NCBI GenBank assembly: GCA_047967505.1
Contig: CM106538.1
DNA from: Dipteris shenzhenensis
Taxonomy: Eukaryota
Strand: one strand, 5' to 3'
Length of the DNA: 64,000 nucleotides
Part shown: one piece after another, positions 35,204 to 49,430 of the stretch
Numbering within the stretch: the first letter of the stretch is position 1
Layout of the letters: each line of letters opens with the position of its first letter
The notes under the pieces: generated by a model
The model's database searches: none
Told to the model about the DNA's origin: nothing
What the model saw: only the letters and a program-made list of their open reading frames with translations
Translations under genes and position numbers: made by a program

Positions 35204-38200
35204 TTAGTTGTCCTCATCCATCGCTCCTAGACACCCCAAGATGTGCTCATGCATATCTAAATCCAATTTGAAGACACTCTTGCCCTTCTTTCGTTGTGGC
35301 ACAAGTTGCATCTGGAACTTAATAGCTCTTACTAGGTGAGAGTGCACACATATTTGTGGACTCTTATGTAGCAGTTTGTAATTGCGGCCTCTCTTGGATG
35401 TTTTTTAAAACCAAAAAGCTCCAACTACTACATACCACTTCTCATAGGTTGTTCCCTAATTATCCTTAAATGTTTCCTCAACCTTGTACTTAGGTTTTGT
35501 GCATTGCAATAGAAAGTATGGGTCATCTTCCTCGTTCTGCCCAGAATTTGCGACAACTGCAAAGTTATCCCCCTCTTCCGGACAATCAGTGAGGTCATCA
35601 AAACTCTCCCCAAACTATGGCGAGTCATTTGTCTCTCCATTGTTTGTGACTCCATCTAAATATAGAGGAAAAACTTGAACTCGATCCCATGTCTTCACAG
35701 TGCAATGTTCTCACAATTGTCATGATCCCCTATGATGCACGCATTGCAGAAACAAGAAAGTTTTCTCATTTTAATCAGTTGGTTGTTTGAAAAGCCCCAT
35801 ATGCTGTGTAGACCACGAACTCCTTTAATTTTCTCGCAATCGTGCTAGCTTCTCCTTTGCACTTCATCCACTTTCACTTCATAGAACACTCTGCATACTA
35901 TAGTATACTTAAGGCTTTGTTTACTGTATGTTGAATGCGCTCCTGTGGAGAGGTTGGTTGTAAGCCATGTTACAACATCATGGACATCATTGAGTTTTTC
36001 TTGGGAGCATGCTAATTGGTGTTTAAACAGAGCTTGCTTAATAATAGCACCACATCCATCATGTTCACCCTTCCATGGGTAGACCCAAAGAAATTCCACA
36101 TCATGTCTAAACCGGTCACGGATTTGAACCTTGAGACAAAGTAGAATCCACATGCTGATTTAAATTGAGAGGCAGCACCATCTGACCACACCCAATGTTG
36201 TTTTATATTTTTTGCATGGGGATTTTCCTTTTTAACCATTCCCAATGCAGTAGAAAAGCATGCTGCACAAATAGGGTGTCATGTTCCCTATCATCTGAAA
36301 TGTAGAAATGGTAAGTGTGTTGCACTGACCTAGACTCTTGTGAGTCATCAAGCAGATTGGCATTAGCCATGGAAGAATCAAGCAAATGACTATATGTGAT
36401 ATGCATAAGAATTGTTATCAGCTTGTTGTACCAGTGAGCACTTTGTTTCTCATCTTGTTTTGGTCAAAGTATCCCACTCTGGCATGGGTACCATCTGGTG
36501 CTCATACTCTCATAAAGAATAATTTTTTGCAAAATCTATGATAGATACAATAGTGTCATGGGGAAAATTGGCAAGGCACGTCCTGAATCGCTTATCCTGC
36601 CAATTGGTCGTAAAATTGTGAAGCACATATTTTGGGATGGATTGAACCACGTGACCTACAAGCTCCCTTGGCTAGGTGCTCTTATATGATAGTAGCCATC
36701 TCTTTTTATCGAATCCTTCAACATTGACATATTCAAATCTTCTCCATTTTAGAGCAATGTGGTTGTCTTCCCTCATTTCATTTGGACAGACATTGAATGT
36801 TTTCTTCTTTAGCTTCAAATTGCAATGCTTTGCATATGCCGCGAATGCATTCAATCCTGTGCCACTCATGGTCTCCTTTTGGACAAACCACTGGCTACAA
36901 AACCTGCCCTCCCTTGCAATGCATGATGAGGATCCAGGTGGCCTACAGACTGCACATTCATTGGGGAGGCATGGGCATCGATCCCCATGGAGCAATGCTC
37001 CAACATGACCAAATTTGAAGTCATTCATAGCTTCCCGGGCCAGGTCAAAGTCTATGTGTGTTTTGCAACAACAAACATTTCAATCTTTGAGTTTCCTGAC
37101 ATACTAGGGCTTACAATGCTCAAAGCTCCTTTGCCCAATTGAAATGTCTAGATTATGATCCACAACTTGAGATACAAGTTTGTCTGCTGACCAAACATGC
37201 AGGAACAACAGAACAATGAGCCCTCTTTTTGCTACTACTAAAAGAATACAAAACATGGTCTAATTAAAGTAAATAATAAAGCAAAACAATTTTCAACCAT
37301 TGCGCTAGTTTAGGATAGTCACAATTTCAATCATTGGGCTAGTTTAGGACACGTTTAGGACAGTCACAGTTTCAACCACTGGGATGGTTTAGCCTGACAG
37401 TCTCAACTTCACACCTTAGACAATAACAAGTATATTTCTTTTCATTTTTGAATTTCACCATTAGAAAATAACAATATATTGATTTTCATTTCTGAATTCC
37501 ACAATTTAATAGTGGTATATGACCCGAATAGCAAGAAATTAAATTTAACGAATTTAGTACAAAGAAACACAATAATTTCAACCATTGGGTTGGTTAATAA
37601 CTAATGTCTATCCAACCACGCTGGTTCAGGACAATCACATAACTGGTGATTGAGCTGAAGCAACCACAGTTGCATGATGTTCCAACCACCGGGCTGGTTT
37701 AGTAAAATAACAATATATTGCAAAATATATTGCTGTTAACAACTAATGTCTGTCAGCCTGTCTGTTCAGCCATGCTGGTTTAGGACAATCATATCACTGG
37801 CTATTGAGTTAAACCAGCCTACTGTTGCATGATGTTCCAACCACTGGGCTCAATCGCATTTAGTCCAAGCCTAGTTTAAGAAAAGAAACAAGTAAACTAT
37901 CTCAAAGCTCAATCACAAATAACCATCGGGTTGGTTTAGGCACCACTAACCTGCGTTGTATCTAGCATGTGTATGATGTGCTCCTCAAACATTTTTTGTC
38001 CTGTCTGCTTCTTACAGATGTCCTTTCTATTTGGAGAAACTCTCGTATTTTCGTGCCAAAACATCATAACTGTAGCAATGAGTTCCGCACTTAGACTGTC
38101 TCTCCTTTTCTTGCGTTTTGTTGAAGCCCACAGACTTCGAGCAGACTTCTCGGATCGAGATGATCGTGCATTGCTTTTGCTCTATGTTCAACCGCTGGAG

Positions 38201-38813
38201 CCATGTTGGTCCTTTTGATTGACAACATCTTCGACATTGTGCGCCCAAGCCATTTCTCCTTTGTTTCAGGGGACACCAACATAGCTAATGTCACCCTCTT
38301 TGCAGCTAGTTGATCTAAGTTGTGCACCCCTTTCACTTTCTATAGGCCATTTCTCAAGTGAGAGAAGATCGCCTCTTGGGCCTGTATCTCCCGAGGTGTT
38401 GGTAGGGTTGTTACTCTATGAATTTTAGGGTGTAGGCTAAAGCTTGTGAAGACTCGAGACTGGTAATCACCTGAATGGCCTGATGAACATTGCTGCATCG
38501 AATGCTCCCACCAATCCTGACACCACAGCTCGTGTTCTTCGCTCCGATGGCAATGATCGAATGCATGCATCTGCAACCGCTTTTTGTTGCTGCTTTGCAA
38601 GGAGTCTTCTTTGTTCTCATTGTTTCTCCCTTCGTAGATGTTGCAAAAGTGTCTTCCATTGCCGATTCGATACTGTGCTAGTGCTTTCCTCGACCCACAC
38701 TCTATTCCTTGTGCCTTGACTTGGCTTTTTGGCTTTCCTGTCTCGTAGCCTCTATTTGCTTCTCTTGCAAGCCATGGTGAGCTGCATGTTGTCATTGACG
38801 CCATAGAATACAC
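35204..38813 (-). pseudogene. Sola2-like DDE transposase, degenerate, with an intron at ~37200-37950
   Basis: Minus-strand fragments: IVSIIDFAKNYS, QSAHWY, ISDDREHD, WVWSDGAASQFKS, WNFFGSTHG/KGEHDGCGAIIK, RKLSCFCNAC, ending HEHILGCLGAMDEDN* at 35204. Donor CGCAG|GTTAGT near 37950. Confidence 0.8.
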
Positions 38814-39899
38814 CTAGAGAAGCTAGCTTTGGTGAGAGGAAAGCAAAGAATAGAAGACAACTTACCCGAAAGAAGACAATGGCAAACCAAAGTTTGCACA
38901 CGGTCATGTCGAGGTGCATGCAGGTTGCAGGGAGTTTGCAAGGTGGGGGTAGGTTGCAAGGACTTAAATCTTTCAAGATTTGATGGGTGGGAGGTGTGAA
39001 AATTCAAAATTTGTGGGAATAGCAAAATTTCAGCCGCCGGTTGTTCCCCCTCTAACAATACATGTCAGTAGAATTGGATATACCAAACAAGTGCAATGTG
39101 GCCTAAAATGCTTCAAAACACAAATAGACCAAAGGGCACGCTATCAGGTTTGATGCTATGTATTATTAAATGCAATGACCTTTGGCATGCTTATGAGCCA
39201 TATAGCAAGCAAGTGCATGGAAAAAGAAACAATTCAAAATTGTAAATAGCATTGGATTTATTAAAATATCTTTGCACATGCACAAATTGGACTTTTCCAA
39301 CTTCTTCCATTTTAGGGTAAATCTAGATAACAATACCAACAACTATCAATGTTTTAAGACCACCATGCACTAGTCCCATTTGGATTCCAAATTTTCAATC
39401 CATTTTGATTTTCAACGAATCAAAAGAAAGTTATGGAGCGTACCCTCAAATGGGTATGCATCACTTTAGCACAACATTGGAGGCCCATTAACCCATGGAT
39501 AATGATCTCATTTAGGTGTGTCCTTGGGTTGAGGAGAAGCTCACATAGTGTACTTTAGAAATATTACTTGGTTGCATGTATGTATAGAACAAAATTTTGA
39601 TGTTTTTGAATAAATTGCTATATCCTATAGCCTTTAGGATGCATGCTTCACATGCAACATAGCACTTATAATGCTTTAACAGTCTCGTTCCAAATCCTTA
39701 TTTCATAATTTCTTGCTCTCATGTTCAAGTTTGGAATGTGTACTACAACTTGAAGACAAAGTTTACCAAATTCCGGTGAGTAGCAATGCATAAGTTATGG
39801 GTCATGCAAGATACCCATATATAGAAAAGTCCCTGAACGTCACCAAAAATGGCTACACACACCCAAGCAAACAAATACCCCCCATCATAAGCTAGGTCC

Positions 39900-40900
39900 T
39901 CACCTTTGCATGATACGCTACTACCTTACGTCCCACTAGGTTTTGTGGCCTGCATTACCCACTCAGATATTTGTTTGTCCCCTCCCCCACCTCATGCCTT
40001 GCCTTCTATTCTAGTGTTCCAAGTAGCCGCAGCCTTGAAAAACCCTCTTGCTCCTCTTCCGTATCCCTCACCATTGATCAACGATTCCAACCCCATCCTA
40101 GTTCCTGGTCCACTACCTCCACTCTTGGATCCATTCACCATAGAAACATTGATTTATAAGGAGCCACACACAGCTAAGTCTACATTGCCAGCACACAACC
40201 CTCCCCCATTTCATACACCTTCTTATGCCCCTACCATGCCATTGCAAGAGGGCTGCCAGAAAGAGGAAGGAGAAGAGTAGTGATGTCTAGGCAACCAGCC
40301 AAGGAGTATGTTGTAATTACCTAGCAATAGAATCAAGAAGATGGGACTACCATCTAGTAACCTCCAAATGAAAACAAAGGCAAAGCTATCACCAAGCAGT
40401 TATTGGGTGGTGACCTCGAGCCTCAACCTTAGTAGTACCCTCTCGATTAAGCTCTGTTCTAGCCACCTGGCTAAACGTGTGGAGGTATTACACACATTGT
40501 TTTTCGTTCACCATATTGTAAAGCATTCGCTACCCGCATAAATGCACAGAATTGTCCATAGGCAATACTACTTCTTGCAATATAGCAAATCAGGTAGACA
40601 TCAATCAATTACAAGTGCAATACGATTCTCTAAAGGTGGCATTTGCTTCTCTCATAGAGTATCATGAGAAGCTATCGGTAGAGAATGGCTTTGTTCATCT
40701 AGCTCCAAGAGAATTAGGTGTCTCTTTAGACTGTGGATGCCAAGCTCATGGAGGTTTGTATGCAAGTGTGCTCATAGAAATAAACATTGATCCTTGTTAC
40801 AGCCTTAGCTTTTGCTACTTTAGAAGAACTTTCTCGGTTGCAGGCCAAGAATGCAAGATTAAACTCTGAGAATGGAATTCCCTAGGGCAAGTTGTGCACA
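39900..40900 (+). mobile_element. Possible L1 LINE ORF1 remnant
   Basis: Pro-rich stretch followed by …RELGVSLD…GGLYASVLIEINID, resembling the ARVLVEID motif of plant L1 ORF1; weak match. Confidence 0.35.
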
Positions 40901-42626
40901 TTTGAATAGATTGAGAGATTGATGCGGATGTGCTTAGCCCCTGATCAGCATCCAAGCAAGTAGCCACTCTGACATGGACCTGATGATGAATATGACCCTT
41001 CTAGCCAAAAAGGCCATTGGTTTGCCATGCAAACTCTATCAAATGTCCACACTCTGATAGTGTCCACCAAGACAACAGGGTCCAAGACTACTGCCAGCAA
41101 AGGTACCATGAGGGCAAGCACTCAACCCACTCCTAGTGTGATGCTTGCTTCTAATGATGGGTCCACTGCCCATGCACTACTGATGCTGGAGCCTTAACCT
41201 TGCCCTCTAGACTCTGCAGCAGGGTCTTCATCACCAGGTTTTCCCCGACCTTGTCTCTTGATTGTTATTGAGCCATTGTCTCTCACCACGTTGAGGTCTT
41301 GTCAATAGCCTCGTTTACTCTCATGAATATCTTATGGGCAATTTCGGGCAAGGAAGACTTTAGAGTAGCTTAACACACACTAGATATGACATTAGTTAGT
41401 GCCTCGAATGTTGCAAATGCCTCTTGACCTTCAAACTATCAGCCTCCAATGCTTATCATTCCTTTGGATTATCTTATGGGTGAAGTTTCATTTTATGACC
41501 GTGCAGACATGGTTCGATCTCATGGTCAAGACAAAGGTAGAGCACCAACGGGCAACCTACAAGGTAGAGTGGTGAGCCCTTATGGTACAAATTCATGGAC
41601 TTCCTCAACCTACTACTCTTTGCCAACTTATTTTGTTGAGCTCCTCTGATTCATCTATTGACAGTTGCTGCCACCACAATGTGGCTCAATCTTTTGGAGG
41701 TGTGTTGAAGTCTGATCCCCAAGTGGAGTGAGCCATACATGTAGCATTAAAAGGTATAAATATACATTTGTATACTTTGAAATTGTAGATGTAGATGCAA
41801 TACAGGTGATGGTGGACACCCTGATGAGGTGCCGGTAGGCATTAATGCCTTATTTCCTTGGCCACTGATACCAACTCAAGACGTTGAGGATCTATCTACC
41901 CCAGATCTGCTATATGATAGAGATTTAGAGGAGCCTAGTGCTTCTATAGATCCTCCACCAAGTCTACCACCCATCTCTTTGCACGCCAACAACCTCCTAC
42001 TCAACACACTAAGGCTTATTTGACATGCATATGTTTTACAAAGATTTGGCCCCGGAGTTTTGAAGAATGACTCATTTGAGCTAGTTCATGATTTTGCTCC
42101 ACATCCGCATGGACATGAGCTCAAGTGTCAAGCGCCCGAGCAACTAGGACACACAATGGATGGTTTAACAGGTGCCCCAATCCGTGCCCGCGGTGGTGGT
42201 AGAAAATTTCAAGTAAGATTTAGGAAGTTGGCTCATTGAACCACCAAGTCGAGTAGGATAATTGCTTGTTATGAGTTTGAGTCCTAATGATTCAAGATAG
42301 TTCTAAGTCTTAAGTGAAGGTGAATGCTTGCAAGCACATGCACTGGTTACTAAAAATTGTTTACAGCTCTGGCTATTCATAAAACAAGATGAGACCCTTT
42401 TTCTTTATTATAAAATCTCACTGATTATGACTATGCTCTTTTACTCAGCTCATATGGTTTTGCCCTATCTATCACAATGTTTATATTGATGTCTATATTG
42501 TAAGTAATATTCACATTCATTTCAACACATGTCATTTTCAAAAAACATTTTCACATTTTGCATTTTCTATGTGAGAGAGGTTCTCGAGTGATTATAATCA
42601 AAATTGATGTGTGTTGTAGTAGCGGG

Positions 42627-42830
42627 TGTGTGCAAGCTCATTGGAAATTTATCAGACTTTTGAAAGTGCCACATTAAGTAAAGTGTATTTTATGCAACAT
42701 GACTAGTGTGCAAGCTCATTGTAAATTTGTCAGACCTTTGAAAGTGCCACATTAGGTAAAAGGTATTTTATGCAACATGACTACGAATGTGACCTTGTAT
42801 TTTATGCATCATGACTAGGGATTTGACCTT
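42627..42830. repeat. Short tandem duplication (~79 bp, 2 copies plus partial)
   Basis: GTGTGCAAGCTCATTG…GAAAGTGCCACATTA…GTATTTTATGCAACATGACTA occurs twice. Confidence 0.85.
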
Positions 42831-43333
42831 GTTCCAATTGCCCATCTTGTAATCCACATGAATGGACCATATCCAGAAGCTCTAAAGTGCTATGTCTCCC
42901 TTATTTCCTCCTAAGAAAAACTTTCTAGCAACTTCATTAACTTGGTGATCCATGGAAAGTTTATACTAAAAAGTAAAGTGAACTCCCAATCAAAATCCCA
43001 TAATGTAAGATTATGCGCCAAGAAGTTTATCTAATAGCCTACCAAATCAAGGCCCTTCATCATCTATAATATTAGCACATACTCCTCTTTAGATAATTTA
43101 ATGTGATTTGCTCCTCCCTCTTAAGAATAACATGTCTTGTTGTCCAAGATGTAGGCTTTAATGAGAAGATGATTTTAGATAATTTAATATGTGATAATTT
43201 TAGATGTGATTTGCTCCTTCCTCTCAAGAATAACATGTCTCGTTGTCCAAGACGTACACTTCAATGAGAAGAATTCAGCTCTATTTTTATGGTAGATATT
43301 GGCCATGATAAAATATAGGATTTGAGGATGGCT

Positions 43334-43578
43334 CTCGGGGGGGTCACTCATCATATGTAACCCTATCACGTGAGTTCAATAGAAGGATATATTTAATATC
43401 TAAATTATACAAAAGTTAATTTACATAAGGGAGTATTTAAAACAATTTTGGAAAAAATTTACAGATTTGTATAGAAAAAGGGTACATTTTATTAATGAAA
43501 ATTTTACAGATAAGGGATTTTAAAAATAGGCCTTGAACGCACGTGATATAGAGGGTTTATACATAGTGACCCCCCGAG
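43334..43578 (-). mobile_element. MITE, CTC...GAG family, opposite orientation
   Basis: TIRs CTCGGGGGGGTCACT / AGTGACCCCCCGAG; TSD GGATGGCT at 43326-43333 and 43579-43586. Confidence 0.93.
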
Positions 43579-44502
43579 GGATGGCTATGGATACACAAGA
43601 AGGATTTGTGACATGCAAGATGATGTATTTTGGGCCTAGAAAAATACGAGAACTGGTCTTGGATGGTTCAAAATAGGTTTTCATCCATTGCTTAAGAGGA
43701 ACAAGCTGCTCTTAAAGTGATCGCATCACTCCAACTCAACATTTTGCTTATGCTGCTAAAAAAAGTACGTTGCAGATTCCCAGCTCACAAAGCGAAGCAT
43801 AACTTTGAAGCTCAATGTGGAGTAATTCTCACCAGACACCAATTTCATTTGATTAACGTGCAACACGATCTAAAACCTTGTCGAGCTTTTACGTTTTCGG
43901 AGGTCTTCTCATTGAGTGGGAATGCGATCACCTACAGAAGCGACTTTATCCACATTTAACGTTTGTTCGACGATAACATATATTCTATATGTCTCGTTCG
44001 TAGATTGAACAAACAAGTTCCATCGAAGGGAATTAATGCTCTAAGCTAAAAGAGGCAAAGCACCATAGCAAAGCTAGAATGAATATGGAACACTACTATA
44101 CACAGATCCTATTGCGATGTTTAAGTACTGACGTTTAGCATGTGCGGGGTGCTAATCATCGGTATGGGAAGCGCGTCCTGTAAAGCGTCGCTATATAGCG
44201 ACTTTAGGCAAATGTCGCTATATAGTGACGATTACAAAAGTCACTATAGCGACTTTAAAGTGTTTCTATATAGTGACACTAAGATACTATTTTATAGTGA
44301 CATTTTCCAGAGAGATTTTTTACTCATATAGGCCTTAAAAGTTAGTTTTTTTCGATGACAAATTTTTTTAAATTCTCATACATGTTTGATCTTTTGAGAG
44401 AATAAAAGTATGAGAGCATGTACATCAAGCCTTTGAAGCTCATATATTCATGTCCAAGTTTGAGATGAAAAAAATTAATGAAGAGCATTTACATCAACTG
44501 TT

Positions 44503-47500
44503 TCATCTTAAGCCAAGTCTAAAGGTGCCAAACAAGTCTATCTCTAACTCTATACCAAGTTGATCTCTTATATCATCATCGTACTCTAGCATCGTACGTT
44601 TACCTAAAAGTACTTGATCATCTTCTTCAATAAAGCGTGGTGATTCTTGATGATCGTTGTCTTCTTCCTCAATATCGTGATCTCCATCTTCCTCCCGTAC
44701 GATGTCATTATGCGCATCTTCCTCTTGGCTCATATTGTGGTCTTCATCTTCTTCGAAAGATTCATCGGGATCAATTGGATCTGGCATTGGTAGTGGCATC
44801 TCCATATCCACCTACTCACAGTGCTCAGGAAGAACAAAAGTATCACTTTCATCGGTCCAATGTTTGGTGGAGTCTATTGCAAAGAATCCGCTACTATCTT
44901 TTCTCACTGTCGCATGGGGACCGTTGTAAATAGTTCTAAACCATTTTACCTCAAGAATGAAAATACTAAATCGTCTAAAATCAACTTCATAGATTTCGCA
45001 TATGGTTCCACAATAATCCAACTGTGAGGAGAGAAGATTGGTATCCGAAGCACTTGCTCGGCTATCTTGTGTGAAGTTAGCCATGACTCCACAATCATAC
45101 ATGACTCTCTTTGAATCGATGTGTTCCACGCGAAAATGTCATCCGTATGACCATAATACACTGTACTTTTTGTACTGTAAAAGAGCATCATTAAAACAAT
45201 GACGATGTATCTATTTTATAGCGTATATTGCCACAAATAATTACTTAATTACATCAAGAGGCAGGAAACTTACATGCATCATACATCTAGATGATAACTC
45301 TCACTTGCGCTCGTTTATTGTCTCTCCATCGCGTTCGGCTTTACGTAGAGCCAGTTGTAGCCAATCAAGTGACATGTGAGTGGGGAGAAGAGTCAGATCC
45401 CGTGGATATGGTTGCGATCGCCTGTACATTACTCTGAATCTCGTCCTTGCATTTATTCCTTCTGCTTTGGCCACTTCATATCTCTCAATCCACTTCTGCA
45501 TCTCAGGGCTATTGAGGATACAAGAATTATTGAATTTCTCCATTTGCTCTTCACTCATATTTCTTTCAATCCCTTTTCCTTGGGGAACCTTGCCAACGAT
45601 GCGATCATCATCCTTGTTATGCCAAGCTTGCAGCATATCGGGATCCATGGATGCAAGAAACTCCGTGATATATACTAATGACTCTTGCACAAGCCATCCC
45701 TCTGCCATGCTTGCTTCTGGTCTTGCTCTTTGTCTTACAAATCCTTTCAAAGTTTTCATAAACTGCTCGAGAAAAAACATCCATCGATTATGAACAGTAC
45801 TTGCAATAGCCACCTCATCAACTATGTGCACAAGCAAGTGGACTTGAGTTGTCATAATGCTCGAGGGAAAGTGCTTCTCAAGCAAGCATACAGCTTCGAT
45901 GGATTCCACCCTAGCCTTCTTAATGCTTGATATGGAGATCTCTTTTTGAGATATCCACCTATTTCACATGTCCATGTAAGATATTTTCATAATCAGTCTA
46001 TAGATTAATCAGCTTAAATTGAAGAAAATGCAATCGATGCGATTTGATGGTAAGCATACCTCACAATACCAGTGCTCTTGAATATAGCATTTCTAACATC
46101 TTCTTGTAAGCACCCTTTTATTGTAATTGGGAGGATGAACTATCAAAGCAACAAAGAAGTCATGTCAACAATATAACATAATCATAATTATGCTAATGCA
46201 TCACGATTATCGGTACACTAATTCTACAGCTTAGAATACCTGTAAGACCTTGTGCCAATCATGGGACTTGAGCCCACTAAGCTTATGGTCCTTTGAAAAT
46301 GCTCCTTTCAAGCAACACATGTACCCTATCAGTGTTTAAAAAGAGGCAATGTCTGCCTTGACCGTTGCCTCCTCCCTTGTAGAGAGGATCCACGTTGCTT
46401 TCGCGAGGACAACTTTTCCCGAAGCATGCACTTGGGGCTACAAACGAGGGGGATGAGCATTTTTCGAGCGAAATCTTCCGAGCATTTGAGCAAAGGAAAA
46501 AAAAAGCTTCCAACTATGTAAAAATATGGCAAAAATAGATCAGAACAAAACCTAGTTTCACTTAGAAATATGCAAAGTAGTATAGCAATTTCTAATTTAT
46601 ACACAAATATTTACATGAATCTTTGGGAATGGTGAGTAACATAATGGGAGGATTTTTAAGAAACCCACGTGTAGAGTAGACTTCTCTATAAAAATTCCCT
46701 TATGATCCTTCTTACAACTTTTACTTAATAGGGGGTGACATTTAAAATCCTCTCTCAACCTAGCCTATGAAAGGGTTTATCCAAAGAAACCTCATTGAGG
46801 TAAGCCATCAAGGTAGTTTCGCCAGAGAAACCCCTTTGAAGTAGGTCTTCCAAGGTACTACCATGGACAACACTTTTAAAATTGGCATAATTTTCACATC
46901 CAATGTCCAAATATAGTCATTCAACCACTTAAATTGATCGGAAAACCCCATTAGAGGACATCTCTGGGGTTATATTTTGAAAAATATTTCATCTTTAGCA
47001 TTAAATATTACATATATTATATGAGAGTGATATATAAGTTCGAATTAATACTTATTTATAGTAATTTAAACTTCTTTAGAAACATATCCATAAATATCTA
47101 GTTATCTATGCTATTAAAATGCTAGAAAGCTCTTGTCATATTGATATAAATGTGTTTAATAAGTAATTATATATGTATAATATTATTACATTGAGAGTGA
47201 TTATGAGGGATGTTTCTTAACGGAATTATTTTTCAACACTTTTTGAAGGTAATGGCAAGGGTACAAAGGATGTCTATGAAGAAGAAAATTTGTGTTATGT
47301 AAAATTGAATGAGTGACAATTCTGTATGTTTTTATGATAAAGGGATCTAGTTCTAGTGAAAATAAAAGTGTAAAAACCATGTTTCCTAAAGAAATATGAA
47401 TTTTTAAATCTCTTGAAAAACACGCTCAGATAAATCCGCTCAAAGGTTTTTGCTCGTAAAATTGACGCATCCACAAACGAGACATCCTATTCATAGCACG

Positions 47501-49430
47501 CAAGTCTTCTCGCACTCCTCTCGAGTCTTTGGAACCAACCAAGTGTGCCCAAATAGTAGCCCCCACATTCTTGAAGATATGCATGGGATCCAAGAGATGA
47601 TTGATTTGTAACTGACCCCAATAAGGAAGCTCGTGAAAGATCGATAGCCTCTTCATACCAGGAGGACGTTCCTCTCCATTCTCCCTCCAAGCTTGAATCC
47701 AGTCACTTGCCTTCAAATATGATGGTGGTGGATCAAGTTGACCTCCATGTGTGAGATGGTCCAGCGGAAGGTATCGAGCATGACCTTCATAAACATTTTT
47801 CCTCATATGTTTGGAGTATCGTGCAAGCGATTTCAAATCCGGTCCACAAACAGGACAAGCATGGTACCCACTTGTAACAAGTCCTGCACGCGTGCATGAA
47901 TGTGTTAGTATAAGACATGCATGCGAAAGAGAGTCATAAAAGCATAATCCTATATTATACTTGTAGAGACACAACCACGTACCTGCGCACTCTCCATATC
48001 TTGGGTAGTCATGCATGGTCCACATCAAGATACCCCTGACCAAAATATCATTGGTATGTCTAGGAGCTTTGGAAATATCAAAGACCCGCACTCCTCTCCA
48101 TAGTATCTGTAACTCCTCTATTAAAGGTACCATGTACACATCCATATTTTTTGACTTGTACTTCCCTGGCACAAGTAGTGCAAGCATGAGGTGTCCCTTT
48201 TTTATTGTTAGCCATGGTGGGATATTGTAATTCACCACGACTATGGGCCATGTCGACCAAGATGTCGAGCGTAATCCGAAAGGATTCACGCCGTCCATGG
48301 CGAGCCCAAGATGTAAGTTGTGTGGCTCCCTCGCAAAGTCCGACCATTGATTGTCTATGTGCTTCCAAGTTGCACAATCTAGGGAATCCTCAATGTGTCA
48401 TTAGTGGACTGATGAGATGCATGCCATGTCATCAACTCCGCTATGGATTTGCATCGGAACATGTGCTGTATTCTTGCAATGATGGGAAAGTGTCTCAAGA
48501 CCTTTACCGGTATTTGCTCACCCTTCAAGTCATCTCTATATCGTTGTTTCCCACACTTCGGACAACTAGCCAAATCTCCATGCTCATGACGAAAGAGAAT
48601 ACAATCATTACGACAAGCATGGATGGTATCATAATCCATACCTCATCCATACCCATCGTTGTTAGCATCTTTTTCGCTTCATCTCTTGATGCGGGCATGG
48701 TATTTGGTGCAGGCAACATCTTCTGGAGCAACCTATCACAATTCAAACATACATAGGCTTCGAACAATGATGATTTGGTACACTAATCCATACATGATGA
48801 TTCTCAAAATAAACAATATCCAAATAATGAGTCAAATTAATGCAAGAGCTAACCTCATTAAGGCCGAGACACTTGTATTCGACCACCCATACTTTACTTG
48901 CAGATTCAAGATTGAGAGACAAGCATGTAGTTTAGACATCCTAGCACCCTCGTACAATTGTGTTGATTGCAACTCTCGCATTTTGACCTTAGACTATGAC
49001 ATCACGTGTACATGGGATATAGTGTCCCTAAAAATAGAATCCATCATGTCGACCATACCCTCGTCAACATCCGGGAGACTATAGTCTTACTCAAAGTGTG
49101 AAGGTATATGCATACCCTCATCAGCCTCCTCATCCTATTTTAAGATTTCGTGTAAATATAAGATCTTTTCTCAAGGTTTCGTACCATAATGGTATCTAAT
49201 ATTAACCACGAACTTAAATAGCTTTGACTTACTGATAATCCATCAACACGTGCAATACCAACGGTGGGTACTGGTCCAGGCTCCTCCCCATACATCCGCA
49301 AGTGGCGCATGATAATACGACGTTGATGTCGTACTTCTCGCTTGCAACGAGTGCAATGACAATATAACCTCTCCGTAAGCCACTTTGTGCTCCTGGGCGT
49401 TTGTGCATCATTGGATGAGCTTCCACTTGT
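44503..49430 (-). pseudogene. CACTA Tnp2/TnpD transposase (Transposase_21, DUF4218 and DUF4216 regions), multi-exon, disrupted
   Basis: IHACRNDCILF…CPKCG, DGVNPFG…STWP…YNIPP, HDYP…GYHACPVC, DPMHIFKNV, GLKSHDWH, VHLLVH…WMFFLE, DYCGTI…TFVLPEHCE. Stops, frameshifts and a 1 kb insertion. Confidence 0.92.
46435..47461. mobile_element. 1027 bp non-coding insertion into the CACTA transposase with 3-bp duplication (Harbinger/MITE-like?)
   Basis: Removing it and one TTG rejoins minus-strand …RLWMRQ|VHASGKVVLAKATWIL…. TTG lies at 46432-46434 and 47462-47464. Begins GGGCTACAAACGAG; imperfect subterminal inverted GAGC/GCTC motifs. Confidence 0.7.

Noticed and set aside
47884-47982. Apparent 33-aa insertion in the CACTA transposase ORF 47426-48298
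   Set aside because: It is a 99-bp GT-AG intron without stops; removing it restores YGECAGLVTSGYHACP.
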